This document shows positions 10,501 through 20,753 of a DNA stretch of 64,000 bases, in pieces (within the stretch, counting starts at the first letter, position 1; every line of letters begins with the position of its first letter). Source of the DNA: a virus; IMG/VR virus record IMGVR_UViG_3300008448_000009, positions 55,282 through 119,281 of that record, one strand, 5' to 3'. A program made the translations under genes and the position numbers. The notes beneath the pieces were generated by a model. The model did not search any database. It worked only from the letters and a program-made list of their open reading frames with translations, and had not been told where the DNA came from.

Positions 10501-10842
10501 TTAATGACCTAATTTACCCCAAATTGAAATAATAATTCCAACAACAATTTGTACGAAAGACATAATAGCTATAGCGGCTACCCAACGATTTTTTTGACGA
10601 TACAATTCATCTTTGGCTTCCTTCATTTGACTAGGTGACCAAACGTCGTTTACCTTGGCTATCCACGATGTGTTAGCTTCAACATTTCTTTCAATATTTT
10701 TTACGTCGTTTAACTTAAGATTCATTTCGTTAAGTTTTTTATCAATATCGGTACGCATTTTTTCTTGATTTTCAGCCAAACGTTCTAATTCTTTTAGAAC
10801 TAGTTTGCTATAGTCTGCCCATGTATCTTTACTTTCAGCCAT
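10501..10842 (-). CDS. coiled-coil protein with C-terminal transmembrane helix
   Basis: WVAAIAIMSFVQIVVGIIISIW. Confidence 0.6.
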   Translation of the reverse strand: MAESKDTWADYSKLVLKELERLAENQEKMRTDIDKKLNEMNLKLNDVKNIERNVEANTSWIAKVNDVWSPSQMKEAKDELYRQKNRWVAAIAIMSFVQIVVGIIISIWGKLGH

Positions 10843-10848
10843 TTTTTT

Positions 10849-11082
10849 TTATAAAATTTTAATACTGTTTAATATTGTCTTTATTGTTGCACACATATTT
10901 TCATAACATTTCATTTTTGTTTTAGGTGTTGTAGATTTTTCAATCTCTATAACACCTTGTTCTACAATATTTTTTAATTGTTTAACTACTTTTTTATATT
11001 CTATTTCAGAATTTTCTTCTTCACATATTTGGTTTGTCAATTCTCTTAATTTTAGAATATTTTCACTTGGAACACTTTTCAT
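10849..11082 (-). CDS. hypothetical protein
   Basis: 77 aa in head operon. Confidence 0.5.
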   Translation of the reverse strand: MKSVPSENILKLRELTNQICEEENSEIEYKKVVKQLKNIVEQGVIEIEKSTTPKTKMKCYENMCATIKTILNSIKIL

Positions 11083-11104
11083 TAGCTTTTTCGTTTAATC
11101 AATG

Positions 11105-11869
11105 TTATACTAGACTATTTTTTAATTCTAACAATTTAGAAATATTTTTGTTAAAGTTTTCGTTTATTTCAATTTTATCATTTAAAAGTTTATCTTTAAC
11201 TCGCAATAATCTATCTTTTGTTTCTAAATCAGAATCAGTTAATTTAACATTAATCATATCAATACATTCTCTTACAACACCTGAATAAACTTCTTCTTTT
11301 TTAGTATCATCCGAATCAATTAGAACTTTTAATACCTTTTTTTCAGTCTCACTTAAAGAAGCGTATTTTTCGTTATACTTATCCACCATAATTGTTGATA
11401 ACATACTGTTAGGTAAATCAAACGATTCTGTAACAGTTTTTGTTTTATTATTTTTCATATGGTTTATAATGTAAGCAGTAGCTTCCACTATAGTGTCAAT
11501 ATTTTTTGCTGTTTTCTTTGTAAAAATAAGCTTGGTAATATTTTCATGTAACACAATATTACTATCAGTAGATTCTGTTTCAAAAATAATTGGGTCAGCC
11601 AATTTAAAATTAGCTTCCATGATGTCTTTTTTAGAGAATTTTTGTAACAAAGCTATGTTTTCTTGAAGGAATAAATTAGCTTTTAATTCGTTTTCTTCAA
11701 TCTTGTTTTCTATGTTGTCATAAACCAAAAATTGAGTTTTTAATATCTCATTTTCTTTGATTGTTTTAACGTAATGTTTGAAAAGTTTTTTGTTTTCTTC
11801 TTTATTAGAAACAATACCCTCAACCATTAATTCGTTAAATTTGTTTTTTATTTTACCAAAATTTTGCAT
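11105..11869 (-). CDS. hypothetical head-module protein
   Basis: ATG at 11869 (MQNFGK) just after late motif 11886-11893. Confidence 0.65.
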   Translation of the reverse strand: MQNFGKIKNKFNELMVEGIVSNKEENKKLFKHYVKTIKENEILKTQFLVYDNIENKIEENELKANLFLQENIALLQKFSKKDIMEANFKLADPIIFETESTDSNIVLHENITKLIFTKKTAKNIDTIVEATAYIINHMKNNKTKTVTESFDLPNSMLSTIMVDKYNEKYASLSETEKKVLKVLIDSDDTKKEEVYSGVVRECIDMINVKLTDSDLETKDRLLRVKDKLLNDKIEINENFNKNISKLLELKNSLV

Positions 11870-11914
11870 AGGTTTATTTTTATTAATAAATATAACTAAT
11901 CGATACAAAAAACG

Positions 11915-14017
11915 TTATTCATCTAACATTTTATTTATGTCTTTTATCATAGAATCGATATCGTTATTTATTTTAATTGTTTTGTCGTAAATTTTAACGT
12001 TTTCGTCTACAACGTTTGCACCACTATTAACTGATTCAATTAATTTGTTGACAAATCTACCTTGATATTTGGTAGTTCTATCTTCTAATTTTTTACCAAG
12101 TTGCGTTTTACGTTCCGTCAATAAATTATCAGCTTTCTTTAGCATCTCTGTTAATCCAGCTTCTGTATCAGTACCAGCTTCAGCACCGCCAGCTTCAGCA
12201 CCGCCAGCTTCAGCACCGCCAGTTTCAGCACCACCAGCTTCAGCTCCAGCTTCAGCTCCAGCTTCAGCGCCACCAGCTTCAGCACCGCCAGCTTCCTCAC
12301 CAGCACCAGCTTCTCCAGAGAAATCTAGGTCTTCACCACCTAGACCACCACCACCGAATGAACCACCTAGGCCGCCTCCACCGCCACCGCCACCAGCGGC
12401 ACCGCCTTCACCTTCAGCTCCACCACCGCTACCACCAGCTAGAGCTGCTTGGTAATCACCATAGATTCTATCAACGGTGTCAAACATACCAGTATGTTTA
12501 ATAACACTAGCAGTATTAGCTAATTCAGCCGCAGCGGCTTTCTCCATACGTTGTTCAAGTAAATCTTGTTTGATTTCATCATCAGCCCAACCCATGATTT
12601 CTCTATGAGCTCTAGTCCATGACATAGCAGCCAATCCATTTCCAATGTCTGAGGTAGCGTCTTTAAGTAAAGCAACTTTAGCAGCCAAATGTTCAACTTT
12701 AAGCATTTCAGCTTGTGTTGATGGGTTGTTAAGTGTAAGTGTAAAGTTATCCAAATCTTCTTCAAACCCTAAAATATACAAATGAATAATAGCTATCTTG
12801 TTAAGTTCTTGAAGCATTGATTGTTGAATACGGTTAATCGTTCTAGAAAAACGAATATCTTGTAGTGCTAGGTTTTTACCATCACCAGCAGTTTCTTCAA
12901 ACCCTAAGAATGGTTTTGGGACACGTAACGCAGTGAATAAGTTTCTTTGCAAATATTCAATATCAGCAATTTGGTCCAAGTTCGATGCACCAGGCAAAGT
13001 CTCAATCGGGTTAGGTGCGTCTTCACTTCTAACAGGGATAAAGAAATCTTGGTCGTTAGACAATTGATTATATCTTAAATCTATTTGACCAGTCTGTGGG
13101 TCAACAATTGGCATACGTTTAAATCTATCTGCAATTTCGTTTACATATTGCGCAACGTCAGCGTCATCAATGTTACCAACATAAATTTTATATACCCTAC
13201 GTTCTGGTGCTCTAGTAACACGATATACCAGCATTGAATCTTCAGATAAAATAAGTTGTTTCCAAATACGTCTAACTTTTTCCAATACTGATGTACCATA
13301 AGGTAAACGTCTATCATCACCCAACAAACGGAAGTGAGCAATTTGCCATGAATTGAATTCAATATCGCGACCTCTCCAATAAAATTTAACTTTATCGTTA
13401 TCATTTTCGTTAATAGACGTTTGTTCTCTACCACTAATCAAATCATACAATCCAGCTTCTCTACGTTCCATTTCGTAGTTAGGCATCTGTTTGGCACCAA
13501 GAACACCTTGTTTATCGCTGATATTTAAGTATATGAAATTATCTCCATATTTACAAGTGTTTCTAGTCCACATTGGTAAAGTTGTGTGTAAATCCAAACG
13601 GTTGAAGAATAAATCTTCTATAATACCTTTAACACGTTTACTATCAGAATAAACGTTAAGTACTCTACCATTGTTATTTACAGTTGTTGATTCTTCCATC
13701 ATAACATCCAAAGCGGCCGCAATAGTTGGGTAAAACTCCATAGCTTCAAAATCTGAATATGAACCAACACGTGTTGTTTCATAATTAATAGATTGTTGAA
13801 ACATACCATTTTCTACTTTCTTCCAAACTTGCCCTAAGTATTTGTTTTGTTGAGCTTGAAGTTTTGCAGTTTCGTATTCTTCTTTACTTGTTGTTTTTAA
13901 TAACTCACCCTTGCCAACATTATAACGTTGTGTTGGTTGTTTTTGAGTTGGTTGTGTGTAATTAGGGTCAAGCACTCTACCTAACCTCTGAAATATTGTT
14001 AAATTTTCTTTTGCCAT
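11915..14017 (-). CDS. portal vertex protein (T4 gp20-like) with Gly/Ala-rich C-terminal extension
   Basis: EDSMLVYRVTRAPERRVYKI, DFFIPVR, IETLPGASNL, DIEYLQRNLFTALRVP. Confidence 0.92.
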   Translation of the reverse strand: MAKENLTIFQRLGRVLDPNYTQPTQKQPTQRYNVGKGELLKTTSKEEYETAKLQAQQNKYLGQVWKKVENGMFQQSINYETTRVGSYSDFEAMEFYPTIAAALDVMMEESTTVNNNGRVLNVYSDSKRVKGIIEDLFFNRLDLHTTLPMWTRNTCKYGDNFIYLNISDKQGVLGAKQMPNYEMERREAGLYDLISGREQTSINENDNDKVKFYWRGRDIEFNSWQIAHFRLLGDDRRLPYGTSVLEKVRRIWKQLILSEDSMLVYRVTRAPERRVYKIYVGNIDDADVAQYVNEIADRFKRMPIVDPQTGQIDLRYNQLSNDQDFFIPVRSEDAPNPIETLPGASNLDQIADIEYLQRNLFTALRVPKPFLGFEETAGDGKNLALQDIRFSRTINRIQQSMLQELNKIAIIHLYILGFEEDLDNFTLTLNNPSTQAEMLKVEHLAAKVALLKDATSDIGNGLAAMSWTRAHREIMGWADDEIKQDLLEQRMEKAAAAELANTASVIKHTGMFDTVDRIYGDYQAALAGGSGGGAEGEGGAAGGGGGGGGLGGSFGGGGLGGEDLDFSGEAGAGEEAGGAEAGGAEAGAEAGAEAGGAETGGAEAGGAEAGGAEAGTDTEAGLTEMLKKADNLLTERKTQLGKKLEDRTTKYQGRFVNKLIESVNSGANVVDENVKIYDKTIKINNDIDSMIKDINKMLDE
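12163..12300 (-). repeat. in-frame 12-15 bp tandem repeats encoding AEAG(G)
   Basis: ccagcttcagcaccg-type units in portal tail. Confidence 0.8.
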
Positions 14018-14067
14018 AGCATTATATTTTTCTTTAATTATAATAAAAAATTTGTGAAATTAAATAG

Positions 14068-14307
14068 TTATTCCACATAATCACAGGCCACATAAGCAAT
14101 ACGTTGTTGCTCGCTGTTAGCCAAAACAATGTTATACGAATATGTTGATATCCAATCTTGACCTTGTGTGTTAGGACGTGCATCACAAAAATAATTTCGT
14201 CTACTATTTACAGCTGGTTTTCTTTCGAAATTATTTGGTAGTGGTGACCATTTATATAAATTTGGACCAGCACCTTTACGAACAAATACTTTTTTACCTA
14301 AACCCAT
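14068..14307 (-). CDS. hypothetical protein
   Basis: 79 aa between terminase and portal. Confidence 0.5.
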   Translation of the reverse strand: MGLGKKVFVRKGAGPNLYKWSPLPNNFERKPAVNSRRNYFCDARPNTQGQDWISTYSYNIVLANSEQQRIAYVACDYVE

Positions 14308-14309
14308 GA

Positions 14310-16082
14310 TTATCTTCTTTTATTTAAGTTTCCAAATAGCCACATATGTTCACCTCTAGGGTCTTGAATATTTCTATATGCTCTATGTTCTGGATTTATT
14401 TTTTTTGTAACCTCACCAGTTGCTGGGTTAATTACGTTAGTTGTTGTTTGAGTATTTGATGAACCACCCAACCAACTATTTAACATTGCTTTATTTTGTT
14501 TTTCTAATCTTTCTAAATTCTTAAACGAATGTTCAACAACCCACAAAGCCATACCTAACGACATAAGCAAATCATCATGATACCCTTCCATGTGGTCTGG
14601 TCTACCATTTTTATAAACAAATGTTTTCATTTCTGATGTAAGTCTACTTGAACGGATTTTAACACCGTTGGTTCTAATTTTGTATTCTAAATTAGAAATC
14701 ATAGGTAAACGAACGTTGGTTGCGTGAAATCCTGGGATTTTATTATCTTTGTTGAAATGTGTCAACTCTCTTTGTCTAGCAGAAAGAATTTTACCGTTGG
14801 CATTGTCGTAATGCAAACGTTTGTAATCAAATTCTAATAATTTCAACACTGTAGATACACCCATACCACCAGTCACATCGACTACAGTGTATGCTTTGTA
14901 TAAATTACCGTATTCTTCTACGATTTGAGCCAATAAATCTGGCTGTATCTTACCTTGGTACTCCATAACCTCTTCCATGGTTGTAAAATCAACTATAACG
15001 ATTGTAGAGGCGTCTTCACCATCACCTCTGGATACATCGACACCCATAATGTATTGATGACCTTCTTGTGGTTCTTCCCAAATCCAAATTTCATTCTCAG
15101 CACCCAAAGTATATTTAGGTTCCATAACATTATTTTTATTTTGAAAATCAATATGTTCTTCAGCAATAACGTTACCACCAGACCCAATGAACGATACATC
15201 TAACTCTTGTGCAATCATTTTGGCATCGTTGTTCATACCCAAACACATTTCTTCATACCATGATGACGTTGGTTTCCAACCATCACTTAACATTCTCTCG
15301 TATGATTCATATGTGAATTCATATTCAATTTCTACATGGTCTTCTTTTAACCACCTAAGGTCTTTGTTGTAACGCAAATCCTCATACCATTTCATTTCAA
15401 TAATATTGAAGTTGTTCTTTTTCTTTTTGGCTTGGTCATAAGTTTTGTAGTATAACGCATCCATACCTTTTGGTGTAGAAATAAGAGTAGCTTTACCTCC
15501 AGTACCTAACGCTGTAAGAGCAGCACCAAATACTTCGGCACCATTGTCAATATACGCAGCCTCATCCATTACAAGATAAGTCGGTGTAAATCCACGCAAT
15601 GCGTCTTTAGATGTTGCAACCGCTTTAACACGGCTACCATTAGGAAGTCTGATTTCTTTTTTAGAGTCTGTAATGAAGATTGATTTAGCTTCATTCTTAG
15701 CGTTACCATAGTATTCGGCACCCCATACCCATCTAGGTAATTGAGCCAAAAAATCTTTAATTTTTGCTAGGAACTCAAAAGCTAACTCTTGTTTGTTCGC
15801 GATGATAAGAACCGCCTCTGGGTTGTCCTCATCGGCCCACCCAACTTTTATTGCCATATATGCTGCTGTTGTAGTAGACACACCAGCTTGTCTAGGTTTA
15901 GTAACTAAATTAAATCTGTGTTTATCGTATGCTTGTATAATTTCCTTTTGTCTAGGAAATAGTTTGAAAGGTACAAAACCCTCTTGCGTTTTGTCAAACG
16001 TTTCCAAATACGTTTCAATGGCGTAAACTGGATTCATTAGACACTTTGTATATTCTTTAAATATTTCTTGTGTTGTCAACAT
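14310..16082 (-). CDS. terminase large subunit (T4 gp17-like)
   Basis: KPRQAGVST, LVMDEAAYI, ISTPKG, GVDVSRGDGED, HDDLLMS. Confidence 0.93.
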   Translation of the reverse strand: MLTTQEIFKEYTKCLMNPVYAIETYLETFDKTQEGFVPFKLFPRQKEIIQAYDKHRFNLVTKPRQAGVSTTTAAYMAIKVGWADEDNPEAVLIIANKQELAFEFLAKIKDFLAQLPRWVWGAEYYGNAKNEAKSIFITDSKKEIRLPNGSRVKAVATSKDALRGFTPTYLVMDEAAYIDNGAEVFGAALTALGTGGKATLISTPKGMDALYYKTYDQAKKKKNNFNIIEMKWYEDLRYNKDLRWLKEDHVEIEYEFTYESYERMLSDGWKPTSSWYEEMCLGMNNDAKMIAQELDVSFIGSGGNVIAEEHIDFQNKNNVMEPKYTLGAENEIWIWEEPQEGHQYIMGVDVSRGDGEDASTIVIVDFTTMEEVMEYQGKIQPDLLAQIVEEYGNLYKAYTVVDVTGGMGVSTVLKLLEFDYKRLHYDNANGKILSARQRELTHFNKDNKIPGFHATNVRLPMISNLEYKIRTNGVKIRSSRLTSEMKTFVYKNGRPDHMEGYHDDLLMSLGMALWVVEHSFKNLERLEKQNKAMLNSWLGGSSNTQTTTNVINPATGEVTKKINPEHRAYRNIQDPRGEHMWLFGNLNKRR

Positions 16083-16186
16083 AATATTCTAATTTACTAA
16101 TAAATATGCTGAAATCAAGTAAAATAGCTTATTATAAATAATAAAGGGCCCAAACAGGCCCTTTATAAATTAATATGTGTATATTT

Positions 16187-17461
16187 TTAGAACATTTCGT
16201 CTATTCCGAATACATCGTCATCGTCATCTTCTTGACCACCCATACCTAATAGTTCGTCAATACCGAATACTTCTTTTTCTGTCGAATTAATTTCAGTCAT
16301 AGCTTCATTAAATTCTTCTTCGTTTAATTCGCTTTTAACTTTTTTGGCGATTTCTTTAACAATTTTTTTACCTTCTTCAGTACCAGCCATTATCTCTCTC
16401 ATTTTAACGTTAAATTCTCTAACTGGTAACGAAACCAATTCAGTGTATATATGATGCTTGTTACCAAAATCTTCAGAATCTATGGAATCTGTAAATCTCT
16501 CCCACAATGCTGGACCTAATCTCATATCCCATGGCTCAGCGGCCAAGAAATCAGCTTTATCAACAACATACTTACCAATCTTTTTATCTTTTGGCAAACC
16601 ATGTCCAGATAACAATTCCATAACTCCTTTTACCAATTCATGTATAAGAACTGGGAAAACCATAGCTTCAGCTTCAATAACAGCTTTAGGGTTATCTTTG
16701 GTTGGGAATGTTACTCTAACAACACCACCGTTAACACCGTTTTCCATATTAGGAATTACGTAGTACATGTAATCAGCAGCGGCCATAAGCTTTGTATATC
16801 TGTTCACCAATTTAGGGTCCATGTTAGTTAATTCATCATCAACGTTATGGAACATATGGCTACATTTCTTTGCAGCGCCTTGAATCATTGAATTAAGAAA
16901 TCTACGTTTGTAAACTTCTTCGTTGGCATTAACTATTGCATCATGATTTTCAAATGTCATATCACTTGCTTTAGGTGTTGGATTCTTTTTGGTTCCTTCC
17001 ATGTTTATTCTAGGAGTGATTTTAGCTTTGATTTCAACAATGTCATCTGGCATGTCGTATTCTTCGCGAATCATTTCCTCAGCCAATTTCTCCAACTCTT
17101 TGATGTGTTTTGATTCCATTGACATGGTTTCATGAAGCAAAGGCATCATTTCCATCATTACTTGTTGATTATCGATTGAATCTGAATCAAATGCTCTTTT
17201 GTATCTATTTACAACTTCACTAAAACGTTTACCCATAATTTTTTGTTCGAAATGATTTTCATCACCTTCTGGGATTATTGGATGTACACCCAATGAATGT
17301 TTACGTTCAGCCAAGTCTTTTTCTAGTTGAGGATGCATTCTTTCGGAAATACCGTCTAAGTAAACTAACCCTTCGTTAAGGGTTGGTTTAACTTCTTTCT
17401 TCACTCCAATTATTTTGGAGTTCTGCAATGCTTTTTCAGCTATTTTTCTGTAATCGCTCAT
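16187..17461 (-). CDS. hypothetical head-module protein
   Basis: 424 aa, LNE near N-terminus, acidic tail, coupled to upstream gene. Confidence 0.65.
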   Translation of the reverse strand: MSDYRKIAEKALQNSKIIGVKKEVKPTLNEGLVYLDGISERMHPQLEKDLAERKHSLGVHPIIPEGDENHFEQKIMGKRFSEVVNRYKRAFDSDSIDNQQVMMEMMPLLHETMSMESKHIKELEKLAEEMIREEYDMPDDIVEIKAKITPRINMEGTKKNPTPKASDMTFENHDAIVNANEEVYKRRFLNSMIQGAAKKCSHMFHNVDDELTNMDPKLVNRYTKLMAAADYMYYVIPNMENGVNGGVVRVTFPTKDNPKAVIEAEAMVFPVLIHELVKGVMELLSGHGLPKDKKIGKYVVDKADFLAAEPWDMRLGPALWERFTDSIDSEDFGNKHHIYTELVSLPVREFNVKMREIMAGTEEGKKIVKEIAKKVKSELNEEEFNEAMTEINSTEKEVFGIDELLGMGGQEDDDDDVFGIDEMF

Positions 17462-18504
17462 TACTTAATATCTTTAATTTTTATTGTTTTTACTACTTTT
17501 CTATTTTCACTAATTGGTGCCAAATCTTGTTCTGGTGGCATTTGATTACCTTGTGCTTGACCAGTTTGTGGTTCGCTTTGTTGTTGTGTTTTAGTTTTAG
17601 CTAAATCTTTAATACCAGTAACTAAACTACCTAAACCAGCTCTAGGAACACCAATAAGTTCAGCAAACGCAGCGATAACTTCTCTTTGAGCTACCTTATT
17701 CTGTTTAATAGTGTCTATAACAACTGATGGGATTCTTTTAGAAATCAAAACCATAAGCTTTTTAGCTTTAGCATGCATATCCTCATCAGTTTCTTGACCA
17801 GTAGGTGTTACTTCATTTAATCCTTGTTTTTGACCACCACCAAAAACTTTACTATGAAAGAATTTTTTAAACTCTGATAAACCCATGTATTTTTCATTGT
17901 CAGACATTGGGTATTTTGCCAAGTCTTGAATGTTTTGGAATTTTTTAAATTTACCAGTTGTCTCGTCAACTATAAAGTGTTTATATTCACCCAATCTTAA
18001 TGAATCTGGGTTATCACCTTTAGGTTGTTCCGTTGGTTTAGTTTCAGGTTTAACTTCTTTTTTTTCAGCAATAGAAGCTTCCATCGTTTCACGCATTGGC
18101 CCAGCAATAGTCTTCTCAAAATGGTCAACTGGGTGAATTATATTTTCACCAGATTCGTTTAAATCATCAAAACAATATACACCTAAAACGATTTGTTTCT
18201 CTGGTGTAATACCCCTAACCATTTGATATTGTTTACCACCTATGCTAAATGGTTGTGATGTTTTATTTTTTTCATCTTTAACATTAGACAAGTATTTTAT
18301 AGTTGCTTGGTCTTGTGGTTCAATAACAGCTTCAGCTTCTTCACCAACCACTTTAACGTTAACACCTTTCATTTTAGACAATGACGGCCCAACTTTTGGT
18401 AAATCTTTAGCTGATACGGTTAGATTAGCACCAGAACCACCACCACCAGATGTACTAGATGTGGTTAAACTAGTGTCGTATTCTTTTAATTTATTTTTGC
18501 TCAT
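17461..18504 (-). CDS. putative internal head protein
   Basis: 347 aa with LKE/LNE/ISE sites. Confidence 0.6.
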   Translation of the reverse strand: MSKNKLKEYDTSLTTSSTSGGGGSGANLTVSAKDLPKVGPSLSKMKGVNVKVVGEEAEAVIEPQDQATIKYLSNVKDEKNKTSQPFSIGGKQYQMVRGITPEKQIVLGVYCFDDLNESGENIIHPVDHFEKTIAGPMRETMEASIAEKKEVKPETKPTEQPKGDNPDSLRLGEYKHFIVDETTGKFKKFQNIQDLAKYPMSDNEKYMGLSEFKKFFHSKVFGGGQKQGLNEVTPTGQETDEDMHAKAKKLMVLISKRIPSVVIDTIKQNKVAQREVIAAFAELIGVPRAGLGSLVTGIKDLAKTKTQQQSEPQTGQAQGNQMPPEQDLAPISENRKVVKTIKIKDIK

Positions 18505-18901
18505 GTGTTTTAATATTATAATTCAATATTAGGTCTTTTTCATATAATTTTTCTTCAACTTCACCAATAAGTTCGCCAAATCTAAAACATAGCCTTGTCT
18601 CTGGGTAAGCATCATATGCGTTTATATTTTCCCAAGCCAAAGCTATAACACCGTCAACAGCATCCCAAACAGCAAATGTATCACTATTTTGAACAACATC
18701 CAAATTCAAATCAGACTCAAGTCTTCCAACTTTTTTGATGAATTTTTCATGTGGCGCTTCTGGTCTTCCAGATGCTGGAAACGTATCCCATTCTTCCCCA
18801 TCAATGTCTTTTGTGGTATCAGAAAAAATAAACTCGTAGATAAAGTTACCTTTGTAATCTTTACCTACTCTGTTTACATATATCAAATACATTTTATTCA
18901 T
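18491..18901 (-). CDS. hypothetical protein
   Basis: ATG at 18901 (MNKMY) overlapping upstream stop. Confidence 0.6.
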   Translation of the reverse strand: MNKMYLIYVNRVGKDYKGNFIYEFIFSDTTKDIDGEEWDTFPASGRPEAPHEKFIKKVGRLESDLNLDVVQNSDTFAVWDAVDGVIALAWENINAYDAYPETRLCFRFGELIGEVEEKLYEKDLILNYNIKTHEQK

Positions 18902-20753
18902 TATTTTTAGCTTTTGGGTCTGGTTGAGTTTCAATTTCTGGCAAGAATGTTTTTTGTCTTCTTGTCGGTTGAACTGGTTGTGTTTCCGCTGGTTTTGTTT
19001 TTGGGCCAGCTGGTAATGTTTGTGGTTCCGCGTTGTTCATATTATCTTGATTTAAACTTTCGTGTAATTTATTTAACAATGTTGTTTTGTCAAATATACT
19101 AAATTTATTTGGATTTATCAAGTTTTCTTCAACTATTTTAGAAACTGGTTTCTTAGACCACATTTTACATGACCAATATTTAGGTTTTGTTCTGTCTTTA
19201 GCTTGAGCACATTTATGTCTAGCTCTAAAAGATTTTCTTCTTTTTGGGTCATCTCTTTTGATTTCCATATTAGGGTCACCAAAATTAACTTTTACCACAT
19301 TACCTTTTTTGTTTCTAACATAAACTTTGAATTTTTTAACATCACCTTTCATTGGTTTACCTAATGGTTTCCCATCATATTTTCCTTCAGCCACCATACG
19401 TTCAACATTACCATATTCATCCTCATAACCACCTTCAGTATCACCATCATAAGCGTTTAAAGTGTTGGCTAAGAAATGGTAAACTTCTTCCATATCATCA
19501 TTAGCTGTCGCAATGTGGTCCAAAGCCCAACCATGACCGTCTGAAAGAATTCTATCAACCATGTTTTTATCCATATCTAATAATTCACCAGAAGCGTGTG
19601 CTATGGTTTTAAGGCTAGACCAAAACATATAATTGTTTGATTCACCCATATTACCTTCCATCATACCATCAGTTTCTAAGTTTCCTTCTAAGAAATGGTA
19701 TACTTCTTCAATATCGTCTTTAGATGTAATAACATGTTCAAAAGCCCATTGATGACCGTCAGCAATCAATCTATCAACCTCTGATTTATCCATATTCAAC
19801 ATTTCCATAGCATCATCATGAATACCTTTAAGATTTAACCAAAACATATAATTGTTTGATTCACCTTCAATTTCTTCGGTCAATTTATTCCATTGTTTTT
19901 TGTCTGGATAATCTTCATCACCTGGTTTTGCTGGTGATTCACCTCTTTCTCTTTTAGCACGAATATTATCCCATAATCCTTTTTCTTCATCTAAATTTTC
20001 ATCGATTGGAACACAATTTGGAACTTCTTTACCATTCTTTTCCTTCATACCAACTTGTTTGTATCCTTTCCAACATGGTTTATTCTCTTCAAGTCTATTT
20101 TCTTCCATAAACTCTGGACTACCTTCAGGTGCGAAAATACTCATTCTTTTTGGGTTTTCCAAAAATAAATCTTCATTCTCATAAATTTGATAAGTATTTT
20201 CTCCAAGGTCTTCTTCATCTGATGAAAAATCAAAATCATCGTCAGCAGCAGCCCCGTCATCGGGTCCACCTTGAGTATCATTTCCAAAATCGGTGTTATC
20301 CTGATTATCCGAACCAGAATCTTGTGCGTCATCTTTACCAGCGCTATTAATTTTTTTAATTATATCTTTTCTGTCGTTTTCATCCATTTCAGATGTGTGA
20401 GTCGCAGATATCACCGAGTTTATTGCAAACTTCTCTAAATCAAAATCTGGTTGACCAGATTCTTCAGAATAGCTTCTTAATGATTGACCTAATTTACCAC
20501 TCAACTGTTCAATGAATTTTTTTGGGTCTGTTTCTTCATCAGCATCAACACCCGCATCAAATGGTTCTTTGTCAAATGGTGCGTCGTTTGCTGGAGCAGC
20601 TTCTTCCTCACCACCAAAATCGCCAAAACCAGCGTCATCAGCTGGTTCTGTCATAGGTTCAGCTGGAGCAGGTGCAGGCGCAGCGGGTGCCGCTGGTGCA
20701 GGTTTGTCCAACTTTAATGTGTATTTTTTAGCTTCGTTTAAAGTTTTTTTTTT
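18894..20753 (-). CDS. modular acidic head protein, probably reached by -1 frameshift from 20738..22018
   Basis: Frame is open from the A10 run (KKTLNEAKKYTLKLDKPAP); only a TTG start otherwise; duplicated ESNNYMFW...EEVYHFL module. Confidence 0.65.
   Translation of the reverse strand, partial: KKKTLNEAKKYTLKLDKPAPAAPAAPAPAPAEPMTEPADDAGFGDFGGEEEAAPANDAPFDKEPFDAGVDADEETDPKKFIEQLSGKLGQSLRSYSEESGQPDFDLEKFAINSVISATHTSEMDENDRKDIIKKINSAGKDDAQDSGSDNQDNTDFGNDTQGGPDDGAAADDDFDFSSDEEDLGENTYQIYENEDLFLENPKRMSIFAPEGSPEFMEENRLEENKPCWKGYKQVGMKEKNGKEVPNCVPIDENLDEEKGLWDNIRAKRERGESPAKPGDEDYPDKKQWNKLTEEIEGESNNYMFWLNLKGIHDDAMEMLNMDKSEVDRLIADGHQWAFEHVITSKDDIEEVYHFLEGNLETDGMMEGNMGESNNYMFWSSLKTIAHASGELLDMDKNMVDRILSDGHGWALDHIATANDDMEEVYHFLANTLNAYDGDTEGGYEDEYGNVERMVAEGKYDGKPLGKPMKGDVKKFKVYVRNKKGNVVKVNFGDPNMEIKRDDPKRRKSFRARHKCAQAKDRTKPKYWSCKMWSKKPVSKIVEENLINPNKFSIFDKTTLLNKLHESLNQDNMNNAEPQTLPAGPKTKPAETQPVQPTRRQKTFLPEIETQPDPKAKNNE

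Noticed and set aside
10501-10842. Holin or spanin call for membrane proteins here and at 25044..25550
   Set aside because: Only a transmembrane helix supports it; no endolysin recognised nearby
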